DNA of 64,000 nt, from positions 2,542,001 through 2,606,000 of the forward strand of contig OX337240.1 of the NCBI GenBank assembly GCA_946965045.2, in the 5' to 3' direction. The notes beneath the pieces are model-generated. The model was not told where the DNA came from and searched no databases. It saw only the letters and a program-made list of their open reading frames with translations. Positions 11,779-22,809 of the stretch are shown piece by piece (the first letter of the stretch is position 1; each line of letters begins with the position of its first letter). This DNA is from Epithemia pelagica. Taxonomy: Eukaryota > Protista > Bacillariophyta. The position numbers were made by a program, and so were the translations under genes.

Positions 11779-12020
11779 TTAGAGGTTATTGCTGTGGTAG
11801 GATATGATTGCGACTGCAGGACCATGCTCTGTTGAAGACAGCATTGCAATTGTGGTTCCCAAGGCAGACAAGGCAAAGGAGTTCATTGGACGCTGTTTGG
11901 CCATGATTGTGGCAATGGAAGTATTGGTCCACAAGTCTATCGTGTCGCTCTTGTTTTGGGTCTTGTCGCTGGTGCGGATGGGTGTCACGGAATCGTTCCA
12001 TACCGCCACGTGCGGGTGTC
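11779..12020 (-). pseudogene. 3' fragment of the beta-propeller gene whose long copy is at 39099-41458
   Basis: Encodes VAVWNDS..IDLWTNTS..FALSALGTTIAML, as in the C-terminus of ORF 39099-40511. It is cut at the duplication edge. Confidence 0.85.
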
Positions 12021-12612
12021 GAGGATGGGTCATCGGTTTGGTTGTTGTTTGATGGATTTCCACGTTATTGGTAGTCAGTGGTTCGACCAATAACAGGGTC
12101 CGCGCCTGCCATATAAAATGCCACAAGGGTCCCTTGGGGTAGTAGAGATAGGAGCGACATGTCGGTGGCGATTGCAAGGGGCCATGGGTGATGTTACAAC
12201 CACAGCAAGATGGGCCTCGTGTTGTTTGTGTGAGTTTTTGTCAAAGTCGAGATTTTGAGGATCGCGCCTTGTGGGTGAGTATCAGGCCGTTCCTTACGGC
12301 CAACCAAACCCCTCAAATTTCACCGTCTGGACGTCATATATCCGGGTTTTTGGGCTTTTCAGGTTTGGTTCAAACTGATTCGAACCAAACCTGAAATCAG
12401 GTTTGGCGCGTTTACCAAACCTGAAACACACTAGGGATAAAGTTTTCGTTATGCTACTGTAATAATTTCCTACAGTTTCGAATTCGACTTGGCATGCGTG
12501 CGTTCAACTCCAACGGTCACACGTCCCCCCATTTCTCATGAAATTAGACGATATGTCTTTTGTACGATGGAATTCTTTTAGTACAATATTCAATTTAACG
12601 CCAATCGTAATC

Positions 12613-12662
12613 GAGTAGCGCATAGCTGTCTCCCATATATGGGAGACAGCTATGCGTTACTC
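12613..12662. repeat. 50-bp subterminal palindrome at the piggyBac left end
   Basis: Perfect 38-bp palindrome CGCATAGCTGTCTCCCATATATGGGAGACAGCTATGCG (12619-12656), extended by GAGTA/TACTC across one G-T mismatch. Confidence 0.95.
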
Positions 12663-12963
12663 CCTTAACTTTCACTTCAAATAACTTCATCAAAATCCAC
12701 TTTCATCCAAATCTAACTTCATCGTTCGATAGATCTTACAATTCTGAACAACTTCATATATGATACTCTACAGTAGAAATGAAGTCATAATGGCGATATT
12801 TCGCTTTGAAAAATTGGCGATTTCCCTCATTTTTGTCCATTTTCAGTTTCCTTCGCCCGAAGCCCAACTTGGTGCCCTTATATGTTCGGTCTCTCTGAAC
12901 CGATCGTTGCAGGACTCTCCATTCTGGAAGTCTATATAGTGAAGAAGACTTGGACGCAAGGAA

Positions 12964-15900
12964 ATGTCGTCTCAACCTTTTCCCATTGAGTGGGACGACC
13001 ATGAGTCGACACCACCCGATTTATCGCAACCGCTCATCGATCAAGACGCAGACCAACCCGTCGTAACTCAAGCCAGTGACACTCAAACCGCAGCACCTCC
13101 AGTCGACAATTCAACAGCCGGAGAGCCTAATGCCCCGATGGAGCTCCCACCGGAGCTAGAGAGTTTTTTCGCACATTTGCCTGGACGACGACAATCTTCC
13201 CGCCCGAGATCAAGATTTTCATACGCTAAGCGGAGTTTCGTTGCGATGGACGACTTCTGGATCCATGAAAATTTCAGGGAAGATTTCCGTCGTCGGTTTC
13301 GACCCAATCTTACCGACCGTCACATTCCTCTTCTCGGAAAAATTGTGGAATGTCCCTCGAAGCAGAATGACAATATACATGCGATTGTCTGGGACAAACG
13401 CAGTATTTTGAGTTTGAACATTCCCGACAATTGGATCAAGACACAGTTCACCTCGTCGAAAGCAGTCAAAGCCAAACTTCGTCACTTCATCGAAGTCTAC
13501 AATCCCGCCAATCTGCCATTTCAACCATCACAATCGACCCAACCATCCCAATCCCAACAGTTGCAACCAACAGGTCAGTCGGCTTCACAACAAACAAACA
13601 ACACCTCCACGACGGCATCTCAACAGAACAATCACACTCAAGACGACAACAATCCTACCAACAACAGCACTGTAGACGACAACAATCCTACCAACAACAG
13701 GAATGCACAAGAACCTCCTCAACCTCCTTCCACAGCAGAGCGTGCACGCCGCCGAGCCGCCATTAGGAATGTACCAGATGCGTCTTTGAGGCGATCTCCT
13801 CGTCGTCATTCGACTTCTACATCGAACATGCCATCGACTCAAGAGCGTGCACTGGGTCGTGCTGCACTCATGACTGCACCAGAAGGAGTGCTATCTCCAA
13901 GTACTCAAGGAGGTACTCCAACTAACGAAGTTGCAACTCGTCTCTTCGGAAGTGCTAGTACTGGTGGCTCCTCCAGGACGACACGACAGCAGCGGGTAAA
14001 TAACAACAACAATTCCACCGAGGCCTCCGACGACGAACCAAATAATGACAACTCTTCATCAGACGAAGATGAATATGGTGGCTATGATTTAGATGTAAAC
14101 GAAACTGTGCACAGGGATAGCGATCCATTGATGGAATACAATGACAGTGACGACGAGGATAACCCTGACGAAGAGAATGCTTCCTCAGGATCGGACAACG
14201 AAGATCCCAACAATTCAACAAATTTGAAGGTGTTGATCGATAATTTACACTTCCACTTCAAGGAAGTTGATTCGTCTGATAATGCTTTCTCATGGGTTGG
14301 GCAGGAGCGCAACAACAGATCGATGTTTCGTGGTGGAGACGGTCTAAAAGTGGGGATTGCAGATGTATTTCATACTCCCTTTGACTGTCTTCGAGTTGTT
14401 GGAGGATTGTCTAAATCCATCATTTTGGACATGGCTGCGGCAACGAATCAATATTTCCGCAACAAAATCCGTCCAAACCTAATGGGACGACGAGGATATT
14501 TTCATTCTCAGAAATGGAGAGACGTGACAATGCAAGAAATGACTCGGTTTCTTGGTATCATCTTGATGATGTCCTTGAGACCCGTTGATGGTGGTGGTTA
14601 CGCAGCTTACTTTTCCAACTCCAACATGATGTACAGCCTGGGAACTGCAATTCCAACAATGGAAATTGCAGATAGTGCTGGTTGGGCATCAAAATACATG
14701 CGCCTTGCTCGATTCCGACAAATCAGAGGAGCATTCCACCCCGAATCGAAAGAAGCTGGACGGGGAGGTGACAAATGTTACCAACTGCGAAGACTCATCC
14801 AGGCTGTAAATTCTGCGTCAAGACGATCTTTCCAAATTCCACAAGATTTGGCATTCGACGAAGGAGGTATTGGATGCCGTTCGAGGTACTGCCCGGTCAG
14901 GCAGTACAACAAGGACAAACCAGCCAAGTTCCGCGTTGATTTCTTCATCCTGGCTTCGTCCACTAGCTATGCAATCTTGCATTTGGACGTATATCAGGGA
15001 AAGAATGCTACTAATTCATACATCCGACACGAGGCACGACGTCTTCCTACAACAATGAAGGCTGTTGTGAATGCGTGTTACGCGCTGGAATTGAACAACG
15101 AAACCCGTGGATTCCGCCACTTATCCATGGATAATAGGTATGCCGCTCCACAACTCCTGGTGATCTTGCGAGATCGACTGAAAGTCCTTGCTACTGGTAC
15201 TGTTCGTGTAAACCGTGTTGGATGGAACAAGGTTCTCATGGATTTGAAAAAAACAAAGACCAATCGTGGAACGATGAAACTGGGACATGATGAAGTGAAC
15301 GGAATCCTAATCGGGCAATGGGTAGACTCTAAGGTGGTTAATTTTGTTTCAAGTTACGAGAATGTTGGGACAGGGCAACTACAACGCCAAGTTGGTCAAA
15401 CGAAGAAAGACTTCAGGTGCCCCCAAGCATTGATACGATACCAAGACAACATGGGGGGGATTGACCGTGGCGACCAAATGCGGTCACAAATGGGCGGATT
15501 TGCCACACATGGCCATTTCAAGAAATGGTATAAAAAAACTGCCCTCGGTATCATGGATATTATGTTGCTCAATGCTCTCATAGCCTGGAACATGTCCGCT
15601 GGGGATAGAATTCGTTCAAGGCGTACAAAGCTTTCAAGACTTGCTTTCTACACGTGTGTCGCACAAGCTATGTGCAGTTACGAAGATACAGAAGAGGTTG
15701 ATGCCTTGGCGCGGCGGACCCAACAACCTTCACAACCAAGTTGTGAAGATGGACACTTTCCAATCCCTTTGGAGGGCAACAAACGGTTGGCGTGTGCTGT
15801 TTGTTTGTTGGAGCACCGTTGGAAGAAGAAAACATTGGGGATGAAAGGATTGTACTCGAATGTCGGTCAATGTGCCAAATGTGGAATTGTCACACATTTG

Positions 15901-16212
15901 GTGAATTCCACAGATGAAAGAGAGGATGGTTGGAAGATTCATAAGCTACCACAATTCGCAGGTAATACCTGTTTCGAGATTCTGCACTCAATTCAAGGCA
16001 GGGAGATATTCATGTGCCGTCCGGCTGATGGAGGGGACAGCAGATATAAGTACACAACAAAGAAAAATCACCCTCTTGTATTGGATTTGAGAGAGAAACA
16101 TGGTCTGCCGCCGGAGTTCACAAGAAAGAGAAGACGGATTGAAGCCTCGGCCCCTATGGAAGAAGACAACGAGAGTGAGAATGAAAGTGGTGAGGAAATC
16201 CATGAATTGTAG
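12964..16212 (+). CDS. piggyBac-family (DDD) transposase, intact, 1082 aa
   Basis: LAFDEGGIG, HLSMDNRYAAPQL and MGGIDRGDQ give the catalytic triad; C-terminal Cys-rich domain CAVC..CAKC..H..C. A 33-bp tandem repeat encodes DDNNPTNN twice. Confidence 0.9.
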   Translation: MSSQPFPIEWDDHESTPPDLSQPLIDQDADQPVVTQASDTQTAAPPVDNSTAGEPNAPMELPPELESFFAHLPGRRQSSRPRSRFSYAKRSFVAMDDFWIHENFREDFRRRFRPNLTDRHIPLLGKIVECPSKQNDNIHAIVWDKRSILSLNIPDNWIKTQFTSSKAVKAKLRHFIEVYNPANLPFQPSQSTQPSQSQQLQPTGQSASQQTNNTSTTASQQNNHTQDDNNPTNNSTVDDNNPTNNRNAQEPPQPPSTAERARRRAAIRNVPDASLRRSPRRHSTSTSNMPSTQERALGRAALMTAPEGVLSPSTQGGTPTNEVATRLFGSASTGGSSRTTRQQRVNNNNNSTEASDDEPNNDNSSSDEDEYGGYDLDVNETVHRDSDPLMEYNDSDDEDNPDEENASSGSDNEDPNNSTNLKVLIDNLHFHFKEVDSSDNAFSWVGQERNNRSMFRGGDGLKVGIADVFHTPFDCLRVVGGLSKSIILDMAAATNQYFRNKIRPNLMGRRGYFHSQKWRDVTMQEMTRFLGIILMMSLRPVDGGGYAAYFSNSNMMYSLGTAIPTMEIADSAGWASKYMRLARFRQIRGAFHPESKEAGRGGDKCYQLRRLIQAVNSASRRSFQIPQDLAFDEGGIGCRSRYCPVRQYNKDKPAKFRVDFFILASSTSYAILHLDVYQGKNATNSYIRHEARRLPTTMKAVVNACYALELNNETRGFRHLSMDNRYAAPQLLVILRDRLKVLATGTVRVNRVGWNKVLMDLKKTKTNRGTMKLGHDEVNGILIGQWVDSKVVNFVSSYENVGTGQLQRQVGQTKKDFRCPQALIRYQDNMGGIDRGDQMRSQMGGFATHGHFKKWYKKTALGIMDIMLLNALIAWNMSAGDRIRSRRTKLSRLAFYTCVAQAMCSYEDTEEVDALARRTQQPSQPSCEDGHFPIPLEGNKRLACAVCLLEHRWKKKTLGMKGLYSNVGQCAKCGIVTHLVNSTDEREDGWKIHKLPQFAGNTCFEILHSIQGREIFMCRPADGGDSRYKYTTKKNHPLVLDLREKHGLPPEFTRKRRRIEASAPMEEDNESENESGEEIHEL

Positions 16213-16696
16213 AAGCAGCATTATATAAGAGACATAGTAAACACAGACGACACAGACTCACCTTGGACAGGTCATTCATAGGTTACTTGTGCCATTGTTG
16301 ACATGGATCGATGATCTTGGCTGTGTTGAATGTCACAAAAATGAGACCTGCGTTTTAAGGTTAAAACAGCCTCTGTTAAGGCGCTCGCATGGGAGACAGC
16401 AAATTCGAGCATCTGGCTGACTCCCATAAAATTTATGGGACACAGCTATTTGATACTCCGATAAGCTTAAAACCCGTTCTTTACGATTGGCGTTAATGAA
16501 GTCAAATGGGGGGAAGTTGGGGGCAGGGCTGTGTAGTACGATAGTCCAATTTTCGACGAAGTCCCTTACTTTGTACTGTACTTCACCGACTTTACGCATT
16601 CCCTTAGTATAGTCCCCCTCTCTCTCTCAAGGGACTGCCAGTCCCTCAGTCCATTCCCTATAGTCACTCACAACCGACTATAGTCTCTACCGTCAT

Positions 16697-16720
16697 CCCC
16701 CCCCCCCCCCCCCCCCCCCC
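16697..16720. repeat. C24 homopolymer upstream of the hAT transposase
   Basis: Run of 24 C read directly. Confidence 0.95.
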
Positions 16721-17031
16721 AGCCTTCAATCGTACTATATTCCCTCTCTCGAGTCCCACCAGTCTCTCATATCGTACTTTAAGTCCTAAAGTCAAGTACC
16801 TCCAGCCAAATATATAGACTGTATAGTACAAAATCACTCCTCATCTCCATATGAAACGACTACAACCATGATATCATGTGTTTATCATTCCAAATCAACA
16901 CAAGAAAACAGATGAGGATAATCACAACACAGAGGTACGTTACCCATATCTTGGTTGCTTCGCCTCTCTTCAACAATCAAACCATTGTCCTCTCTTATCT
17001 TGTCTCATACAAGGAGACGAGGTCGAATCAA

Positions 17032-19654
17032 ATGGAAGGAGTCCAAGATACCGTTTGGACATTGGAAGATCCTTCCAGGAGGGATCCCCCTTCCTCCAAC
17101 AAGAACAAATCTTCTTCCAACAAGAACAAGCCACGGCCCTCATCCAGTAAGAAGACGACTTCCAGTTCAAAGAAGAAAAAGAAGAAGAAGCCTCCTCCTG
17201 CAGGTTCCAACGAATTGAAACGAAAACCCTCTGCACTCGAAGCCGAGAAGAAAATTGTTGAGGAAGAGCTTGCACCAGTTGTGGAAGCCAAAGATGATTT
17301 CTTGGCAAATGAGAAATCTCTTGTTCCTCTTCTTGATTCTCCAAATCCATTATTCTTCGGCCATCCTAGTTGTTCACCGTACTGGCGTTGGATCCTTCAT
17401 GTTGACTGGCCGGTGTTTGAACAATATCTGATCGATAACTCGGATGATATTCCCCAAACCCCCGGCATTCTCAAGCTGATAAACAACATGAAGACCAAAA
17501 CCAAAATAGGAGACATGAAGAATCTCAAGTCGGCATTGACTCCCCAAGCCAAGAATAAAGCCATGAAAGAGAAATACTCAAATCTTGTCCGTTATGTTGT
17601 CATCTGCCCACGCTGTTTTGCGAACAAAGACAAACCACTGGACGAATGTATCCTACTTTGTGGGCTTAACAAAACATCCAACATAGCAACTCATATCGGC
17701 AAGTACCACAAAGATGTTCAAATTCAAGACGACGCCGATGATCCCTCTCCGATGAAAAGCCAAGGCACGCTAAGCTCCATGGTCATAAAGGATGCATCCA
17801 AATCTACTGCTTCTGCGGAACTAAGGCAGCTCATGTATCGGTTCATCAATGACTGTGCACTACCGGCAATTACGGCCGAGAAAAAAGAATTCCGAGATCT
17901 CATCCGGTACGCAATCAACAACAGTGCTGCTCTCCGCGACACACCGGCAGAGATCATGAGCCGGCGGGAAATTTCCAAACTTCGTATCTCTTCCTACGAA
18001 AGTTTTTTCGGTGTGGCGACGAACCTTATCAATGCCTGTCGCTCTGAATACGAACGATTGTGCTACCAGAAGGTTCCTTTTATCTCCGTGTGCCATGATA
18101 TTTGGCAAGCGAGGGACCATGACGTCCTTGGGGTTACAATAATGTTCATAGACCCTCACAACTGCGAGGTCTATCGCATCCCCATTGGTCTTGCAGAATG
18201 CAAAGGACACGCAGCAACGGACGTGGCAAACCTAACTGATGTTCTCCTTCTTGGCGTTGGCATCACTACAGGAGATCTGTCGGCCTCTGTGAATGACAAC
18301 ACGACGGCCACTGTGTTGGCGGGCAAGTACATAGTGGGCCAAAAGGATAAGACTGGAAAGTGTGATATGCACAAGGCTGAACTTGTGCTAAAGCACGCCA
18401 CGGGGTTAGTTCAACGCTACCACAATCGCCAGCTCATGGATTCTAACACAGAGTTTCTTGAGCTATGGCAAATCTTCAAACAATTTGCGTCGTGGTTGAC
18501 CAGCAAAAAATCTCCAAAGCGAATGAGAAAGTTTCGAGAGGCCTGTATTGCGATGGGAATGAAGATTGTTTCTATTCCACTCCCAAATGACACTCGAGTT
18601 GCAGGACTTATCCTAACAATTCAAGCCTTGCTACGATGCAAATTTGTCATGGATAACTACTCTACTCTGACTGCTTTCCGGAGCGACCCAAAGTTCAAAA
18701 AGCTATATCCAGAGGAAAAGGAATGGAAGTTACTTGCTCAGAACGAGGGAATCCTTGCTCCCTTGAAACAAGTGTCCATGTCTTTACAATCTGATGAACC
18801 AGGAGCAAGTTCCGCGGCCCTGCTTGAAATCTATTGCGCTTATTTTCAAGCAACAACTATGCGCAGTGACAGTAAAGAGTATGGTGGTGTCTCCTGCTTG
18901 AATGTGTCTAGTGGAGCCGAGACTCAATGGGACGCTTGTGATACCATGGACGATCTAGACAGACTGCGCGATCCGATTTCTCTACAAGGATTTAGAGGCT
19001 GGACCACGCCGCCTAATTCGCCGGATTATCGCAGAGTACAAGCATTACTTATTCCATCATGACGAAGATGGAATAAAAGCTGTTTGTGCTAATCCTCTAT
19101 TGGGAAATGTATACGAGAATATGTTCGTGAATTTCGGCGTTTTTGATCAAGACACCGTCAAAGAGTGTCGTAGGATCATCATCAAAGACGTGGTCGCCAA
19201 ATTCAGCAACAAGAGTGTCTCTCAGATTGGACTTGCGCTCTCTAAACAAGGGGCCACGGGGAGAGAAGGTGATGACGATGAGAATGTTGAAGAACAGGCG
19301 ATGTCCCCTTCCAGAAAAACTATTCGGCACAAAACCCGTGATGTATTTGCGAACATGAGGCGCTCGCATGACCTACAACAACAAGCGTTACTGCATCTTA
19401 GTGGCAAGGCATCCAACGCTGCCTCTGAAAACGAAATGGTGATGGCCTTACAGAAAGCTTGTACATCATGCTACGACGAATTTCGCGAACATTGCAAGGG
19501 TCACATAGACAACCATTGGGATCAAATGATGGAAGACTATGGAACTCTAGCCTTCTATAAGGCTCGCGACCGCTGGAACGATAATCAGAAGAGAAAGTCA
19601 GAGAGTTGTCAACTCTCTGACTTTGGTTTGGTTGAGTGTAAGGACGGCAAATAA
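17032..19654 (+). pseudogene. hAT transposase with one frameshift (~18980) and an apparently truncated C-terminus
   Basis: BED-like finger CPRC..SNIATHIGKYH, ISVCHDIWQ, SVNDNT, CDMH (CxxH), PNDTRV and NEGILAPL. The frame of ORF 19100-19654 is open back to ~18980 (LYKDLEAGPRRLIRRIIAEYK..ANPLLG). No 'SERxFS' dimerisation motif before the TIR. Confidence 0.8.
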
Positions 19655-19994
19655 TCGCGCCTTTTTCCAAACAAATCCTGGAAAGGTCTTCACAGGTTTG
19701 GTTTGGTTTGCCGTAAGGAACGGCCTGAGGCCGTTCGACCAGGACTCACCCTTCCGCTAGGGGGTACGTCCTACTGAAATTGTATAGTGTTTCTAGCAGA
19801 GGTATGTCCGGAGTCTTTGTTGTTTTCCCACCCCCAGACCCCCTTTAGCCTGCCGGCTTACCCGACTCCGTTCTTTGAACTCAGTCGAACACAACCAATA
19901 GTCACTTCTTTCTTGTGCATGACGATTAACAGTCTCAAGTCTTTTGTTTTGTTGTTGTGTTGTTGTTGCTGAAATATTATTAGTTCATTTGACC

Positions 19995-21995
19995 ATGTCA
20001 GACCCTGCCAGTAAATCAAACATGCCTGACACGATGGAGGAAACAGATGCGACGCCCGTCACCCCTGTCAGGAGATCTCCCGATATGGCTGCAGTGGTAG
20101 AAACCATGGCTTCATTGCTGGCAGCTCCTGATGACAATGCATCCGCCTTGAGGACTGATCTTGAGGCCATGTTCTCGTCGTGGAAAGTCACTCGTTGGGA
20201 AGACTTGATGGCTGTAAAGGACACGGACGTGGAAGATTATATTGCAGACAAAAAGCCTGAACAGCTCTCCCCCCTTATCATCGAGAGGCGTTTGGGTTAC
20301 CTGGTCCGGTATGCCAAGCTTGATAAGCCCTTGACTAGCGCTCTCACGATGGCTTCTGTGATTCGGGAGGTGGATAAACAGCAGCAACCGTCGACGCTGT
20401 ACAACTTGGTGTTTCGAGCCATCCAATCGGGCAGCTCGGGTGTGCCCCACATCCTTGAAGATCTTGAAGAGTTCCCCATGGCGGAATTAAAATTGTTGCA
20501 AGTGCAAGAGTACACCAAGCCGCTGTATCGTCGTCTCCATTTACCTCGGAGGAAGGGAGAAATCCACTACAGCCGCGAAAATCAGGTGCAGGCTCATTTG
20601 GAGACTTTGGTTACTGACGTGATTGAAAGCTGCAATTATGGCCTAACAACAGACACAGAAGCGGCCTTGAACGGACTGAAAGTGGATATTGGCTTTCTCC
20701 GGGACGACAACGACGACCTTTGTGGCACAATGGAAGTCAAACAACCATATAGAAGATATGCTCAACCTCCGGATCCAGATCCTATGACCCATCCGAAGGT
20801 TGTCACGCAGGTGTTATCTCAGATGATACCACTTCGTACCATGTATGGAGTGAAGAACGTGTACGGCATTCTTTCTACGTACTCATCATGGCGATTCTTT
20901 CGTTGGTTGCCCTCCGAGGAGTATGAAATTCGTGCGGACGAATCATTGGAAGAGTCTGAAATCACAAAAAAGCTGGAAAACCTTGGTATGTCTGATAATA
21001 AAATTGAGGAGGGCTCGTCGGTCGTAGAAGCGTCGCAATATCGTACGCCCCGTAAGGCAAGGAGCGGCACCTTGGGACCTCGCAACTCTCCTCCGACGTC
21101 ACCCAAGCCATATTGCGACTGTGATCAAACGGAACAAGACGGAGACGAGGATCAAGAATCTGATGGTGACACTACGACTAAGCGTGGCATACTATATGCA
21201 TCAGAGGTAATATCAGACGCTCCAAAGGCACTGCGAGTTTTGGCGTGGGTGTTGGGAGAAATGTACCGCTCCCCGAGGCAGTACGTCCCCTCCCATCAAC
21301 GCGATTTCCTCTATGTTGTCAAGAAAGGAGAGGACGACATGGTAGGGGGCTACGAACGCGTTCCACACGACGCGGAGTTTTACAAAGGACGCATGCCACG
21401 AGTGGATGTTGAGAAACTGTATATCTTGGAAGAACTCGGCCACAGGTCGCATGGAAGAGTCTTTCGTGCAATGAGTAAAGGTGGCAATCTCTGCGTGATC
21501 AAGTACTTTGTCAAGTCCCAATACGCTCTGAACGAGAATGGCAAACGCGTACAATTTGATGCAAGAGCTGCAGCACAGAAATCTGTTTCGTATTGGAACG
21601 CAGTATACGCCCACAACTGGCTACCAGCGGCAAGATTTGGGACATGGGGTGGGGGCGATGCTATCCTTATGCCTGATTTGGAGAAAATACCAGTGATGGA
21701 GGCAGAAGAGCGACTTTTTGTCATGAACAAGCTGGAAGAGACGATGAAAGAAAGGTTCCACCGGAGGGGCATCTGGCATGATGATCCGGCATGGCGCAAT
21801 GTTGCACTTGTTCGCAACCAACTTGGTCGCATTACAAAAGTCTGCATGATTGATTTGGAACCTGCCCGTATGATAGAGAAGGTTGAATCAGACAAGTGGG
21901 GGGAGTTTGAGACAATGTGGGGGGAGTTCCAGAAGGTGCTCGACGCAGATTGGGACAATTTCAAAGCTACACTATTGACGGGAAGCTCACACTGA
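19995..21995 (+). CDS. CRN-like effector: N-terminal domain + PD-(D/E)xK REase + kinase-fold domain
   Basis: KVDIGF..GTMEVKQP (REase D..ExK), VYGILSTYSSWRFFRW, then kinase-like LGHRSHGRVF / HDDPAWRNV / IDLE. The ATG at 19995 is preferred over the upstream TTG. Confidence 0.75.
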   Translation: MSDPASKSNMPDTMEETDATPVTPVRRSPDMAAVVETMASLLAAPDDNASALRTDLEAMFSSWKVTRWEDLMAVKDTDVEDYIADKKPEQLSPLIIERRLGYLVRYAKLDKPLTSALTMASVIREVDKQQQPSTLYNLVFRAIQSGSSGVPHILEDLEEFPMAELKLLQVQEYTKPLYRRLHLPRRKGEIHYSRENQVQAHLETLVTDVIESCNYGLTTDTEAALNGLKVDIGFLRDDNDDLCGTMEVKQPYRRYAQPPDPDPMTHPKVVTQVLSQMIPLRTMYGVKNVYGILSTYSSWRFFRWLPSEEYEIRADESLEESEITKKLENLGMSDNKIEEGSSVVEASQYRTPRKARSGTLGPRNSPPTSPKPYCDCDQTEQDGDEDQESDGDTTTKRGILYASEVISDAPKALRVLAWVLGEMYRSPRQYVPSHQRDFLYVVKKGEDDMVGGYERVPHDAEFYKGRMPRVDVEKLYILEELGHRSHGRVFRAMSKGGNLCVIKYFVKSQYALNENGKRVQFDARAAAQKSVSYWNAVYAHNWLPAARFGTWGGGDAILMPDLEKIPVMEAEERLFVMNKLEETMKERFHRRGIWHDDPAWRNVALVRNQLGRITKVCMIDLEPARMIEKVESDKWGEFETMWGEFQKVLDADWDNFKATLLTGSSH

Positions 21996-22809
21996 ATGCG
22001 CACACAGGGACCACTTTCCTTTTTTGGCCCACGTCAAACTCTTCACGTGATTCGAGCACCACGGACCAATACTGTTGCGCCTTGAGATTGCACCAGATGA
22101 GTCTCGATCTTTTACCTCTACTTCTTCAAAAGTACAGGCAGAAAAATCCCTATAGGCGCGTTCTCACTGCATCCTTCTTGAAGGAACGAAAAGTGATGGA
22201 GGTCAAGTGTGGTATTCTCTGAAGGAAATTAAGGACAGAGATGCTTCCCTTCCCCACTTTATACATCACGGAAAGGATATTCCGTTCCAGCTATGCGGAC
22301 TCTACCTCTACGACGGACCTCCTGACATGGGGAACACCCGAATGGTTGCCTTCTCTTACCCCAACTCGGGTTGGTTTGAAACGATGAGGAAGGGCCAGAG
22401 CATCACGTGCGACTCTACATGCCCATGTCGACTCTGTCTGAACTCAAGGAAGCCGTTTATGTGCTCGGTCTAGAAGTGTCCCCAGAACAATTGCTTGGAA
22501 GGATTGAACTCTTCGGGGGCACTGGAGGGCAAGGAAGCCATCGATGCCACTTTGGGCAAGATAGAATCGTTGGATTACGTGTCAAGGTGCTTCGAGGGAA
22601 AGGTGGACTTGGAGAATGTCGTCCATCGCCTAATGCACTACGTCAGGGACGATGCCGACTGGAGGGATAAAAAAATTGAAACCGGCTTCCAAGATGGTCG
22701 CTTCGATGATACACAATAAGCTCACCCAGAGTCTCGACTCTGAGCGGCAAAAGCTGGACGGAGCGGGCAAGGCTGGTCCGTTTCTCGCCTGGCTCTTTGA
22801 GGAGTTTGC
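20856..22809 (+). repeat. Segmental duplication, copy 2 of the CRN cassette
   Basis: Matches 1-2194. It carries a private 47-bp insertion (21990-22036, flanked by a TCA duplication) and stops abruptly at the bacterial DNA. Confidence 0.95.
22037..22809 (+). pseudogene. Truncated copy of the CRN NTPase-REase pseudogene
   Basis: Same frameshifted motifs as 1396-2194; cut at FLAWLFEEFA by the bacterial insert. Confidence 0.75.

Larger units (their letters stand above)
7822..12020 (+). repeat. 4.2-kb direct segmental duplication, copy 1 (partner 35089-39337)
   Basis: Match starts at GACT(T/A)GCGGGCGCCATGGCACC and ends at ...CGGGTGTC. The copies are collinear with scattered SNPs and small indels. 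Confidence 0.95.
12599..16492 (+). mobile_element. Full-length piggyBac-like transposon
   Basis: TTAA at 12595-12598 and 16493-16496. Perfect 12-bp TIRs CGCCAATCGTAA / TTACGATTGGCG. Subterminal (T)ATGGGAGACAGC motifs at both ends. Confidence 0.92.
12283..19727 (+). mobile_element. hAT-superfamily DNA transposon (contains nested piggyBac)
   Basis: 28-bp TIRs with 1 mismatch: CAGGCCGTTCCTTACGGCCAACCAAACC (12283-12310) and GGTTTGGTTTGCCGTAAGGAACGGCCTG (19700-19727). Subterminal CCAAACC repeats and a 15-bp-arm hairpin at 12357-12396. No 8-bp TSD (GTGAGTAT vs AGGCCGTT). Confidence 0.85.

Noticed and set aside
12524-16514. 11-bp inverted repeat TCCCCCCATTT / AAATGGGGGGA outside the piggyBac as larger TIRs
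   Set aside because: It is asymmetric to the TTAA sites and has no TSD. The TTAA-flanked 12-bp TIRs explain the element, so this repeat belongs to the hAT interior.
12273-19751. GGGTGAGT / ACTCACCC as an extension of the hAT TIR
   Set aside because: It needs a ~15-bp insertion on one side and still yields no TSD.
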